Positions 23,541-35,642 of a stretch of 64,000 nucleotides of DNA are shown here, in pieces. The stretch's first letter is position 1. Every line of letters starts with the position of its first letter. Source of the stretch: Mustelus asterias. Taxonomy: Eukaryota. The position numbers and the translations under genes were made by a program. Below the pieces are notes generated by a model. The model saw nothing but the letters and a program-made list of their open reading frames with translations. It was not told the origin of the DNA and made no database searches. Location: the NCBI RefSeq assembly GCF_964213995.1, contig NW_027590135.1:62001-126000 (forward strand). Reading direction: 5' to 3'.

Positions 23541-26500
23541 ATGTGTGTGAGTGTGGGATTTACTCACTCTCTGATACAGTGTGTGAGTGTGGGATTTACT
23601 CACTCTGATACAGTGTGTGAGTGTGGGATTTACTCACTCTCTGATACAGTGTGTGAGTGTGGGATTTACTCACTCTCTGATACAGTGTGTGAGTGTGGGA
23701 TTTACTCACTCTCTGATACAGTGTGTGAGTGTGGGATTTACTCACTCTCTGATACAGTGTGTGATGTGTGGGATTTACTCACTCTCTGAAACAGTGTGTA
23801 TGGGATTTACTCACTCTCTGATACAGTGTGTGAGTGTGGGATTTACTCACTCTCGGATACAGTGTGTGAGTGTGGGATTTACTCACTCTCTGATACAGTG
23901 TGTGAGTGTGGGATTTACTCACTCTCTGATACAGTGTGTGAGTGTGGGATTTACTTACTCTCTGATACAGTGTGTGATGTGTGGGATTTACTCACTCTCT
24001 GATACAGTGTGTGTGTGGGATTTACTCACTCTCTGATACAGGGTGTGAGTGTGGGATTTACTCACTCTCTGATACAGTGTGTGAGTGTGGGATTTACTCA
24101 CTCTGTGACACAGTGCGAGTACAGGATTTACTCACTCTGATACAGTGTGTGAGTGTGGGAATTACTCACTCTCTGATACAGTGTGCGAGTGTGGGATTTA
24201 CTCACTCTGGTACAGTGTGTGAGTGTGGGATTTACTCACTCTCTGATACAGTGTGTGAGTGTGGGAATTACTCACTCTCTGATACAGTGTGCGAGTGTGG
24301 AATTTACTCACTCTGGTGCAGTGTGTGAGTGTGGGAATTACTCACTCTCTGATACAGTGTGTGAGTGTGGGATTTACTCACTCTCTGATACAGTGCGAGT
24401 GCGGGATTTACTCACTCTGATACAGTGTGTGTGTGGGATTTGCTCACTCTCTGATACAGTGTGTGGGATTTACTCACTCTCTGATACAGTGTGTGAGTGT
24501 GGGATTTACTCACTCTCTGATACAGGGTGTGAGTGTGGGATTTACTCACTCTCTGATACAGTGTGTTAGTGTGGGATTTACTCACTCTCTGATACAGTGT
24601 GTGAGTGTGGGATTTACTCACTCTGATACAGTGTGTGTGTGTGGGATTTACACACTCTCTGATACAGGGTGTGAGTGTGGGATTTACTCACTCTCTGATA
24701 CAGTGTGTGAGTGTGGGATTTACTCACTCTCTGATACAGTGTGAGAGTGTGGGATTTACTCACTCTCTGATACAGTGTGTCAGTGTGGGATTTACTCACT
24801 CTCTGATACAGTGTGTGAGTGTGGGATTTACTCACTCTCTGATACAGTGTGTGAGTGTGGGATTTACTCACTCTCTGATACAGTGTGTGTGTGGGATTTA
24901 CTCACTCTCTGATACAGTGTGTGAGTGTGGGATTTACTCACTCTCTGATACAGTGTGTGAGTGTGGGATTTAGTCACTCTCTGATACAGTGTGTGAGTGT
25001 GGGATTTACTTACTCTCTGATACAGTGTGTGATGTGTGGGATTTACTCACTCTCTGATACAGTGTGTGTGTGGGATTTACTCACTCTCTGATGCAGGGTG
25101 TGAGTGTGGGATTTACTCACTCTCTGATACAGTGTGTGAGTGTGGGATTTACTCACTCTCTGATACAGTGTGTGTGTGGGATTTACTCACTCTGTGACAC
25201 AGTGCGAGTACAGGATTTACTCACTCTGATACAGTGTGTGAGTGTGGGAATTACTCACTCTCTGATACAGTGTGCGAGTGTGGGATTTACTCACTCTGGT
25301 ACAGTGTGTGAGTGTGGGATTTACTCACTCTCTGATACAGTGTGTGAGTGTGGGAATTACTCACTCTCTGATACAGTGTGCGAGTGTGGGATTTACTCAC
25401 TCTGGTGCAGTGTGTGAGTGTGGGAATTACTCACTCTCTGATACAGTGTGTGAGTGTGGGATTTACTCACTCTCTGATACAGTGTGAGAGTGTGGGATTT
25501 ACTCACTCTCTGATACAGTGTGTCAGTGTGGGATTTACTCACTCTCTGATACAGTGTGTGAGTGTGGGATTTACTCACTCTCTGATACAGTGTGTGAGTG
25601 TGGGATTTACTCACTCTCTGATACAGTGTGTGTGTGGGATTTACTCACTCTCTGATACAGTGTGTGAGTGTGGGATTTACTCACTCTCTGATACAGTGTG
25701 TGAGTGTGGGATTTAGTCACTCTCTGATACAGTGTGTGAGTGTGGGATTTACTTACTCTCTGATACAGTGTGTGATGTGTGGGATTTACTCACTCTCTGA
25801 TACAGTGTGTGTGTGGGATTTACTCACTCTCTGATGCAGGGTGTGAGTGTGGGATTTACTCACTCTCTGATACAGTGTGTGAGTGTGGGATTTACTCACT
25901 CTCTGATACAGTGTGTGAGTGTGGGATTTACTCACTCTCTGATACAGTGTGTGAGTGTGGGAATTACTCACTCTCTGATACAGTGTGCGAGTGTGGGATT
26001 TACTCACTCTGGTGCAGTGTGTGAGTGTGGGAATTACTCACTCTCTGATACAGTGTGTGAGTGTGGGATTTACTCACTCTCTGATACAGTGCGAGTGCGG
26101 GATTTACTCACTCTGATACAGTGTGTGTGTGGGATTTGCTCACTCTCTGATACAGTGTGTGGGATTTACTCACTCTCTGATACAGTGTGTGAGTGTGGGA
26201 TTTACTCACTCTCTGATACAGTGTGTGAGTGTGGGATTTACTCACTCTCTGCTACAGTGTGTTAGTGTGGGATTTACTCACTCTCTGATACAGTGTGTGA
26301 GTGTGGGATTTACTCACTCTGATACAGTGTGTGTGTGTGGGATTTACACACTCTCTGATACAGGGTGTGAGTGGGATTTACTCACTCTCTGATACAGTGT
26401 GTGAGTGTGGAATTTACTCACTCTCTGATACAGTGTGAGAGTGTGGGATTTACTCACTCTCTGATACAGTGTGTCAGTGTGGGATTTACTCACTCTCTGA

Positions 26501-26740
26501 TACAGTGTGTGAGTGTGGGATTTACTCACTCTCTGATACAGTGTGTGAGTGTGGCATTTACTCACTCTCTGATACAGTGTGTGTGTGGGATTTACTCACT
26601 CTCTGATACAGTGTGTGAGTGTGGAATTTACTCACTCTCTGATACAGTGTGTGAGTGTGGGATTTAGTCACTCTCTGATACAGTGTGTGAGTGTGGGATT
26701 TACTCACTCTCTGATACAGTGTGTGAGTGTGGGATTTACT
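23541..26740. repeat. 36-bp minisatellite (GTGTGGGATTTACTCACTCTCTGATACAGTGTGTGA), about 90 units
   Basis: 12-aa periodic ORFs (CVSVGFTHSLIQ)n; direct reading of the units. Confidence 0.97.
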
Positions 26741-27521
26741 ACATGAGGAAATGTACCCATTCATAAGAACAATACTATGTTAAATGTCTATATCTGTTTG
26801 TACCTGCTTAAACGATGTGATAATGTTCGAATCACCGGTTTACCCATTGCGTAAAGGGTATAAAAATGGACCGCTCCCGACATTCTAGTGAGAAAAGGTA
26901 TTCTACGAACTTGTGCCTTATCTCCCGGAGCTCCGTTAAATAAATCGTATTTTCTGAATCTCGAAGTCTGACTACTAGTGGATTTTTCCCACAACACTAC
27001 CAAATAAACCTGTTGGACTTTAACCTGGTGTTGTGAGACTTCTTACTAGGATATTCATCTGCAGCCCATCGGTTTTCAAAGCCAGTCACTGTATCTGGAA
27101 AAGTGTTAATTTTTGTCGATGCGAATCTGCAAGCGTTGCTGCAATGGCTATATCGGTGTGAGTGGGTTACTGTTGGAGACATGCTTCATATTCTGAACCT
27201 GACTGACACAATTTTCAACACTCTCGCTGCGACTCGAAACACGTGAGGACAAAATGGATTTGCGGAATTATTCCTCGGAAACTGAAATGATCGCAGGTTT
27301 AATAAAACCACTTTAAAATTAAATTGCGGTAGAATTGTTAACGGCATCGTTTTTACTCCAACCATCAAAGGATTGGAGATATGAATGAGCTCAATGCAAC
27401 GGAGAGTTAATTGTAACATTGAGAGGTTTCAGTGTTGGAGTCCTGGGAATATTCTGTCCTGGGAATTCAAACACTAGAATCGTTAACAGGAGTTCGCAGC
27501 TCTTTCATTTGCCGATTTTGT

Positions 27522-27537
27522 GGCTCTTAAAAGAGCC
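27522..27537 (-). terminator. Histone 3' stem-loop of H3 (downstream element GAAAGAGCTG at about 27497-27506)
   Basis: Minus: GGCTCTTTTAAGAGCC-ACAAA. Confidence 0.95.
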
Positions 27538-27566
27538 GTTGTTGTACTTGGTGCTGAAGTCGGGGT

Positions 27567-28100
<534 letters not shown>

Positions 28101-28370
28101 TCAAACTGTGACCAGGGAATTAATGTCTGTAACTCAGGTTCTGATTGGTTCAGTTGTTTTGTTAACCGCGCCTTTCAGAAATTGGACCGTTTTTTAAAAT
28201 TTACTTTTCCAATTCAATCAAATGAAGTCCAATTCAGAGTCTCAACAAGTTGAGACATTTCCGATCCAGGCTGACAAGACACGGTATGCAACCCTCTGGG
28301 CCTGATCTACATGAGCCAAGCTGATTGGAGGAGGAGCAGGTCTTCTTTCTCCAAGGCTTGATTCATTTGC

Positions 28371-28391
28371 ATCTTAGCCAAACGGCCGAGA
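28371..28391 (-). other. U2 snRNA 5' stem-loop-like fragment (not a full U2 gene)
   Basis: Minus TCTCGGCCGTTTGGCTAAGAT versus U2 TCTCGGCCTTTTGGCTAAGAT (1 mismatch); similarity then breaks. Confidence 0.55.
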
Positions 28392-28712
28392 TGCCGCTTT
28401 TAAAAATTGCTTCATATGAAAATGAAGCGTAAATGCAACCCAGTGGCTATTAGCAAGTGCAGCATCAGCAGACCGTTTTCGATGCAGGAAATAACCGTCT
28501 CTAGAAAAGAAGACTTTATTCCGTCCTTATTAAAATAATAATTACCAGAAACATTGAAGATTTGAAGTCCATCTCCCTCCACTTAGTGCTTTAGACCCTT
28601 TCCCCGCTCTCTGGGCTGTTTATTCCCAGAATCTCACGCTGTTCCACTCGATCCCTGTCCCTCTGCTCTCCAGACCATTCAGATTTCCCCTCCCCTGTCG
28701 TTCGTAACATTG

Positions 28713-28798
28713 AAGGAGCAGCGCTCCGAAAGCTTATGGTATTTGCTACCAAATAAACCTGTTGGACTTTAACCTGGTGTTGTGAGACTTCTTACCGT
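28713..28798 (+). mobile_element. Short Penelope-like-derived insertion with 13-bp TSD
   Basis: GTTCGTAACATTG at 28700-28712 and 28799-28811 flanks AAGGAGCAGCGCTCCGAAAGC...CCAAATAAACCTGTTGG. Confidence 0.8.
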
Positions 28799-29634
28799 GT
28801 TCGTAACATTGTCAGCGGAAAGGATCAGAAATCAGTCGCTTCTCTGTGTCTCCCTGAAGTGGAGATCCCTGAAGCCGGTGTGAAAGGGGTTGAGTCTGTT
28901 GTTTGTTACAGAGTGACTTCATATTTGTCCCGTTTGACATTACTGAATGGAGTCGTTTGCCGCCCGTGGCGGACAAATGTTCACAAATGAAACCTCTTTG
29001 TAAAATAATCTTATAGCAGAATATTAATTGAGAATCTATTTTTAATAAGTTAAGAATTTGTCTCAATTCCCTTTCCCGCGCTGAAATTGGCGGCATTTCC
29101 CCCAATTCAAACTTTCTGCCGGTTGACAGTTGAAGCCAATGATTGGCTCAATGTTCACATTCGATGCTCTGCGATTGGTTCAGAGCTGCGAATGCGGAGA
29201 GGATGGCCAATCAGAAGCAGGCTGGGTTTGGAGCGGCTCAAACTGCGGGAATTGCGGGTTTGTGAATGACTGAGCGGAAACTGATCAGTTTCACAAAGCG
29301 TCAGTTTCAGTGCAGGAAACAACCGTCTGGGGCAAATAGCATCACAACTGGGACTGGTTCCAGTGAACGATTCACCGGCTGCTGCTACTAAACTCCGCTA
29401 TTCCAGAGAAAGCTTTTATAAACTCGATCCAAACACTGAGTGATTAAACAGGAGTGATGTGGCGTTTCACTGAGGGCACATGTCAACTGGGGGATGCTCA
29501 GACAATCCACTTAAAAATTTCAAAAACAATTCCCATCGCCGCTCCAAATAAAATGTCAAATTCGGAGATTCCAGCACAAAGCAAATATTCATCTCCCGTT
29601 CCCAGGTCACTGCTCTCTCTGTGAGGCGGTGAGT

Positions 29635-29650
29635 GGCTCTGAAAAGAGCC
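29635..29650 (-). terminator. Histone 3' stem-loop of H4
   Basis: Minus: GGCTCTTTTCAGAGCC-ACTCA, then AGAGAGAGCA. Confidence 0.93.
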
Positions 29651-29684
29651 TTTGTTGTGTGTTCGGGAGGAAGGTTCCAGTTGT

Positions 29685-30193
<509 letters not shown>

Positions 30194-30595
30194 GTTTTTA
30201 AAACCTGGCTCCGTTATGATTCCCAGTCAGTAATATTCCGACTTAAACACAGTCTATTCTCCAGCAAGAATCTCCCTCAGGAACATCCTCACCCACATCC
30301 GCTTCCAGCTGTTTACAAATACCTTATTGCAGCTGTTTGGAGAAATCTCCTGTGTTAAAATTGAAGTTGGAAAGCGGTATTGAGCCACCAGTGTTACTGT
30401 CTCACACTGAATCTACCAGACATCTTTATTATGAGAGAAAGTGGCGATTGAACAAATGCGAAATTCAAATGAAATTCAGCCTCTGCTGTGTTTTGCTTTA
30501 GTCTGAATTTGAAATGATCTCTATTGAGAATGAGCCGGGCCGCGGGACAGGAATCATTTCCTTGCGGGATCAGCTCTTTCCTGAGAGATGTGGGT

Positions 30596-30611
30596 GGCTC
30601 TGAGAAGAGCC
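30596..30611 (-). terminator. Histone 3' stem-loop of H1 (downstream element GAAAGAGCTG at 30571-30580)
   Basis: Minus: GGCTCTTCTCAGAGCC-ACCCA. Confidence 0.93.
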
Positions 30612-30647
30612 TTTGGGTTCAGAGGTTTACAATTTGCTCGGGTTGTT

Positions 30648-31298
30648 TCACTTCTTTCCTGACGCTTTCTTCGCTTTTGCTGCTTTCACTTTGGGTTTGG
30701 CCTTCGATTTAGTCGCTTTTTTGACAGACTTTCCGCCCGTCACCTTCTTCACAGGAGACTTTTTCTTCAGGACTGCTTTCTTCACCGCCTTTTTTGGAGT
30801 TGCCGCCTTCTTGCTGCTTGTTTTCTTCACTGTTGATTTCTTCACTGGAGTTTTCTTTGCTGCGGATTTCTTGGCTGCTGCTTTCTTTGTTGTCACCTTC
30901 TTGGCCGCTGTTTTCTTTACTAAAGATTTCTTGGCTGTTGGTTTCTTCATCTTCTTTCCCATTTTCCCCGGGCTTTCCTTCTTAGCGAGTTTGAAGGAGC
31001 CGGAGGCGCCCTGTCCCTTTATCTGCACCAGAGACCCTGTCTCCACCTTCCTCTTGATAGTTAACCTGATCTGGGAGACGCGCTTCCCCACATCCACTCC
31101 GCTGCCAGCCAAAGCTTTCTTTATCGCGGCCAGGGACATCCCCTTGCGATCGCTGCATCCCGCCACAACATTGAGGATCTGCTCGCCTAACTTGGGACCG
31201 GCTGCCGCAGGTCGGGGAGCCGCCTTCTTCTTCCTGGGAGACTTCACTTGAGCGGGAGCGGCTGGAGGAGCCGTTTCGGCGGCTGCAGTTTCAGTCAT
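30648..31298 (-). CDS. H1: Linker histone H1 (216 aa)
   Basis: MTETAAAETAP N-tail, globular domain ...MSLAAIKKAL...GSLVQIKGQGASGSFKL, K/A/P-rich tail with S/TPxK motifs; stem-loop present. Confidence 0.97.
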   Translation of the reverse strand: MTETAAAETAPPAAPAQVKSPRKKKAAPRPAAAGPKLGEQILNVVAGCSDRKGMSLAAIKKALAGSGVDVGKRVSQIRLTIKRKVETGSLVQIKGQGASGSFKLAKKESPGKMGKKMKKPTAKKSLVKKTAAKKVTTKKAAAKKSAAKKTPVKKSTVKKTSSKKAATPKKAVKKAVLKKKSPVKKVTGGKSVKKATKSKAKPKVKAAKAKKASGKK

Positions 31299-31440
31299 AT
31301 CCGAGAGTGTGTGGAAAATCTGTGTGAGTCAGAACTGGATCCGAAATGAACCCAGTGGTGGCGGCACAGAGCAACTTAAAGGCAGAGAGCGGACGGAGCA
31401 GAGACAAGCTGCTGTCAGCTCCCGGCTCCTCCAACCTCTC

Positions 31441-31447
31441 TGTGTTT
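31441..31447 (-). promoter_or_regulatory. H1 (AC) box AAACACA; inverted TG box at 31793-31799
   Basis: Plus-strand TGTGTTT about 145 bp upstream of the H1 ATG; plus-strand AAACACA 352 bp further upstream. Confidence 0.65.
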
Positions 31448-32894
31448 CTCTCTCCTCACAAACTGTCCCATTGCAATGAAATTCCGCCACTCCAGAGATC
31501 CAGCTCACATCCTTCATGTCTCTGACACACGAATGTTTGCTGTTGAAAAGGTTTCACTCGAACTGAGAACTCCATTTTCCACTGAAACCCGTTTTACTGC
31601 TGCACTGATCGCGCTCTCACGCGATAGCTGACATGTTCTCTACTTTTCCACTGAAATCTTCAATTTAGCGAAACAATTGCCTTGAAATCTCACTTTGGGG
31701 CTCAGCAGGGGGATTAAGGGAATCTTTGATTGGAAAATTGTTTTATTTTACACAAGAGAGACTCGGAGATCTCATGATCAGAACAGACACACAAACACAG
31801 TTGGATTAGTCTGACCCGCCCGCTCCTTTCATACACTCTCTCTTACACAATATTCACATCTACACATTCACAGGACAAAACTTTCACCAACTGTAAGGTC
31901 CCAGGACGGAATTTCTCCTCCTTCCGGCCTTTGCTCCGGGTTCCAGGGGGTTAGTTAGTTTTTCACCTCAGTAACTGTTAAACACTCTGAGGCCCGCTCC
32001 CCACAGATTGTCTTTGAATTCATTCATGGAATGTGAGTGTCGCTGTCTGGGTCAGCATTTATTCCCATCCCTAATTGCCCTTGGGAAGGTGGTGATGAGC
32101 TGCCTTCTGGAACCGCTGCAGTCCATGTGGTGCAGGACCATATCTGTTCACCAGATTCCGTGGGCAGAGCTAATAATATCTGGGGGGTTTTCAGTTATTA
32201 TAGTGATTGCAGACATCATTGTGTCTTTCGGGTGAAAATACAAATTATCTGCTCTCGGAGTCTCTAGATTTCCTGTTTTATTTGTTTCTTCTGCACTGAC
32301 AGGTAACAGTAAATCACAACCTCAACAACCAGTGACAGCCAGTTAAATAATCATCCCCCACTCGCTGAAAGTGAAGTTTCTGATAGTGATGGACAGTTTC
32401 TGACCATCCTCCGATTGGGCCTGAGGAAACCAGATTCACTGTCAAAGCTGAGCTTTGTTACAGAAGGGGTGGAAGAGCCAGGTGAGCGATGGTGGTGGAG
32501 TAGTGACTGTGCGAGCATTTGACCAAGAGTCAGTTCCTGACCATCACAGTGGTGATTTATTTAATTAACTATCGCAGGTCACAACAGCAGGTGGGCACTC
32601 CTAAAATAAAATTCACTAAAGATTCTCACCATCACTGTGTTTCTAATGGAAAATCCAGCTTCAATTTACTTTGTGGAAACTTTGTTAAAATGAAAGAACA
32701 GGCCTCAAAACTAATCAATGAGTTCTCAGTCAGAAACAATAGTAAAAAGGTGGCTGAAACTGTCCAGAAAAACGAGACAAGACAGGTTCAGTTTACAAAC
32801 TGTGCCATGGACACACCAAATGTCTGATGAAATCAGCAGCGAAGGTAGTTCCTAATTATAACTATTGAAAAGAAGGGCTGTTTGAGCAGATTGA

Positions 32895-32966
32895 GTGATG
32901 GTGGTATCGTGGTGAGCACAGCTGCCTTCCAAACAATTGACCCGAGTTCAATTCTCGGCTATCGCA
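32895..32966 (+). tRNA. Degenerate tRNA-Gly (TCC), probably a pseudogene
   Basis: GTGATGGTGGTATCGTGGTGAGCACAGCTGCCTTCCAAACAATTGACCCGAGTTCAATTCTCGGCTATCGCA aligns to vertebrate tRNA-Gly-TCC; two anticodon-stem mismatches. Confidence 0.8.
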
Positions 32967-33277
32967 TTGATAGTTTATGTAGAATCTTGTCCACGGTCTC
33001 TTGTGTTTTAAACCGAGTGGACAAAAACAGTGCGAACGCAACATTTGACAGGAATGAAATAAAATAATAAAAGTTTCTTTTTTTTTCTTCGGACGTAATT
33101 TGTTTCAAATGAAAAATTATTGAAATAGAAAACCAAATCCCTGACCTAATAAATGAGTTCTCCATCAGAGACAAAGATAAAATTACAGCTCACACACTGT
33201 GCTCTGCACAATCCTGGTACCTGATGAAGTTAATATGAACGTTATTGGGGTGGTTCCATCATTCTGACACATGTGCA

Positions 33278-33310
33278 GCTGCGATGACTGAGTGGTTAAG
33301 GCTTTGGACA
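33278..33310 (+). pseudogene. 5' fragment of a tRNA-Ser-like gene
   Basis: GCTGCGATGACTGAGTGGTTAAGGCTTTGGAC resembles GCTGTGATGGCCGAGTGGTTAAGGCGTTGGAC. Confidence 0.5.
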
Positions 33311-33329
33311 TCGGCAATGCTGTCCAGAG

Positions 33330-34095
33330 CACACATTCAAACTGTGGTAATTATACAATACATGGCAGCATTGTGAACAGTGAGGGGGTACTGCTGAAGC
33401 TCAAAGTTCCTTATACAGCTTGTGGATTGGGCAAACAAGACCAATTTAAAGCAGAGAAGTGTGAAATGATTTATTTCATTGGGAAGAAAAGGTTGAGACA
33501 ATATAAAAGTAATGATACAATTGTAAAAGCATGCAGGAACAAGGGGCCTGCAGTTAAATGTGACACTAATAATTGCTGTTTGAGTGGCAGGTTGAGAGCA
33601 TGGTTAATAAAGTATTTGGTTTTGTGAGCTTTATACGTAGGGACATAGAGTACAAGAGCAAGCAGGTTATGGGAAACCTGTATAAAACACTGGTTTGGCC
33701 TCAGTTGGAGTATTTGACTCTGATCTGGACAGCAGTCGTTGGAAAGGATGTGAAGGCATTGGAGAGGGTGCAATAAATCTCTGGGCATGGGTCCAGGGAT
33801 GAGGAAGTTCAGTTACATCGGTAGATTGAGAATTTGGGTCTGTTCTCTTTGACGAAGAGAAGGTTGAGAGGAGATTTGATAGAAGTGTTTAGAATTGTGG
33901 AAGGAGTAAAAGATTCCGTGCGGGGACCTTACAGTTGGTAAAAGTATTGTCCTGTGAATGTGTAGGTGTGAATATTGTGGAAGAGAGAGTGTATGAAAGG
34001 AGCGGGCGGGTCAGACTAATCCAACTGTGTTTGTGTGTCTGTTCTGATCATGTGGAGGGAATTGGAAGGAGCTGATAGGGAGAAGCTGTCATGTC
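33330..34095 (+). mobile_element. Degenerate CR1 fragment interrupted by an inverted copy of H1 upstream sequence
   Basis: IEYKSKQVMGNLYKTLVWPQLEY...KDVKALERVQ; the insert at 33913-34052 is the reverse complement of 31773-31912. Confidence 0.75.
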
Positions 34096-35019
34096 TCAAT
34101 CTTCCTCTGTCAGGAAGTGTTCCCCAAACTGAATGGACAGGGCACTTTCCTGGTTACACTTCTCCGGCAATGCTAAATATTCCGAGTATTTGTTTTAATG
34201 TGAAACATCTAAGATAATTATACAAACACAATAAATTGTTTAGAGTAAAGAAGAAACATTAAAAATGAAAATTCATGTTGACGTCTCTCTGCTGGGCTTT
34301 TAGTCTTTCCAGTATGGGCCAGTGGTCTGATTAATCTGATGGTGCTTTTCCCAGTCGCCTGTGTAACGTGGCTTGAATCCCGGCCTTCCAGGTTTTGAAC
34401 TGCATAGCGGAGCATTTGAGAAAGTATTGGGGCTGAATGGCCTCATCTAGCTCTAGTCTTCCTTCCGTCTGGTGAGCTGATCTGACATCCACCCCAGAGT
34501 GGAGATGCTGCATAGATTGTCTTAAAAATGGTCTCTAAGCTGAGGGAGTGACTGTAAATCTTGTCACCACTTTTATCCTAATTTCCTCCACTTCAAACCG
34601 TCCATCAATGTCTGAAGGAGTCAGAACTGAGTAGGAGTCTCCACCAATGATTGAGGTCCCATCTTTGACCACTCGAGCATCCTGCCTTGCCTCACACCTT
34701 CTCTGTTCTCCAGCAGCGGTGATGTTCCAGGGTCTTGGCTGCTCTGAATGGCCTGTTTGAGGGTCTCCTTGCTCCAAAGCAGATGACGTTTGATGTCTGT
34801 CAGCAAGTTGTTGAGATTTGGCTCCTCTTCACCTCCAATTTCAGACCAATCGGGAACTTCCATCTTCCAAGCTTCTCGGGGCTGGTTGAACAGAAACAAC
34901 AATAATTAAGGATTTTGCGGAGTTGTTACATTCGAGCAGATTTCCCCCTGGGGCATTTCATTAAACACCAGCTTTTTCACTTCACTATCAACTGCAGGAA
35001 TGGCAATGGAATGTATTGG

Positions 35020-35642
35020 TCCATTTATCGTCACATAGGAGTTGGGACGTCATGTTAAATTTGTACCGGACATTGGTAAGGCCCCACTAGGAATACTGTG
35101 TACAGTTCTGGTCACACTTTTATAGAAAGGATATTATTAAACTTGAAAGACTGCAGAAAAGATTTACTATGATGCTACCGGGACTTGATGGTTTGAGTTA
35201 TAAGGAGAGGTTGAATATTCTGGGACTTTTTGTCTGGAGCGTAGGAGTCTTAGGGATGATCTTATAGAGGTTATAAAATAATGAGGGCCATAGATGAGGT
35301 AGATAGTTAACATCTTTTCCCAAAGTTAGGGGAGTCTAAAAGTGGAGGGCATAGGTTTAAGGTGAGAGGGGAGAAACACAAAAGGGTCCAGAGGGGCAAT
35401 TTTTTCACACAGAGGGTGGTGAGTGTCTGGAACGAGCTGCCAGAGGTAGTAGTAGAAGCAGGTACAATTTTGTCTTTTAGAATGCATTTAGATAGTTGCA
35501 TGGGTAAGATTAGTATCGAGGGATATGGGCCAAACGCAGGCAATTGGGACTAGCTTATTGGTAAAAATTGGACGGCACGGATGAGTTGGGCTGAAGGGCC
35601 TGTTTCCAGCTGTGAATGTCTGTGACTGTATGACTATGACTC
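35020..35642 (+). mobile_element. CR1 3' end (same family as 49118-50360)
   Basis: FFTQRVVSVWNELP; tail (TATGAC)n. Confidence 0.85.

Noticed and set aside
2300-26740. CRISPR-like regular repeats
   Set aside because: Units are contiguous with no unique spacers, there are no cas genes, and the context is eukaryotic.
23587-26764. Cys/His-rich ORFs resembling zinc fingers (CECGIYSLSDTV, HTHTLYQR)
   Set aside because: Translations of the 36-bp satellite; no C2H2 spacing or TGEKP linkers.
28371-28400. Functional U2 snRNA gene
   Set aside because: Only about 21 nt match; the branch-point recognition sequence, Sm site and 3' stems are absent.
34305-34390. Possible degenerate tRNA-Glu-like sequence
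   Set aside because: Too weak to build a cloverleaf or convincing A/B boxes.
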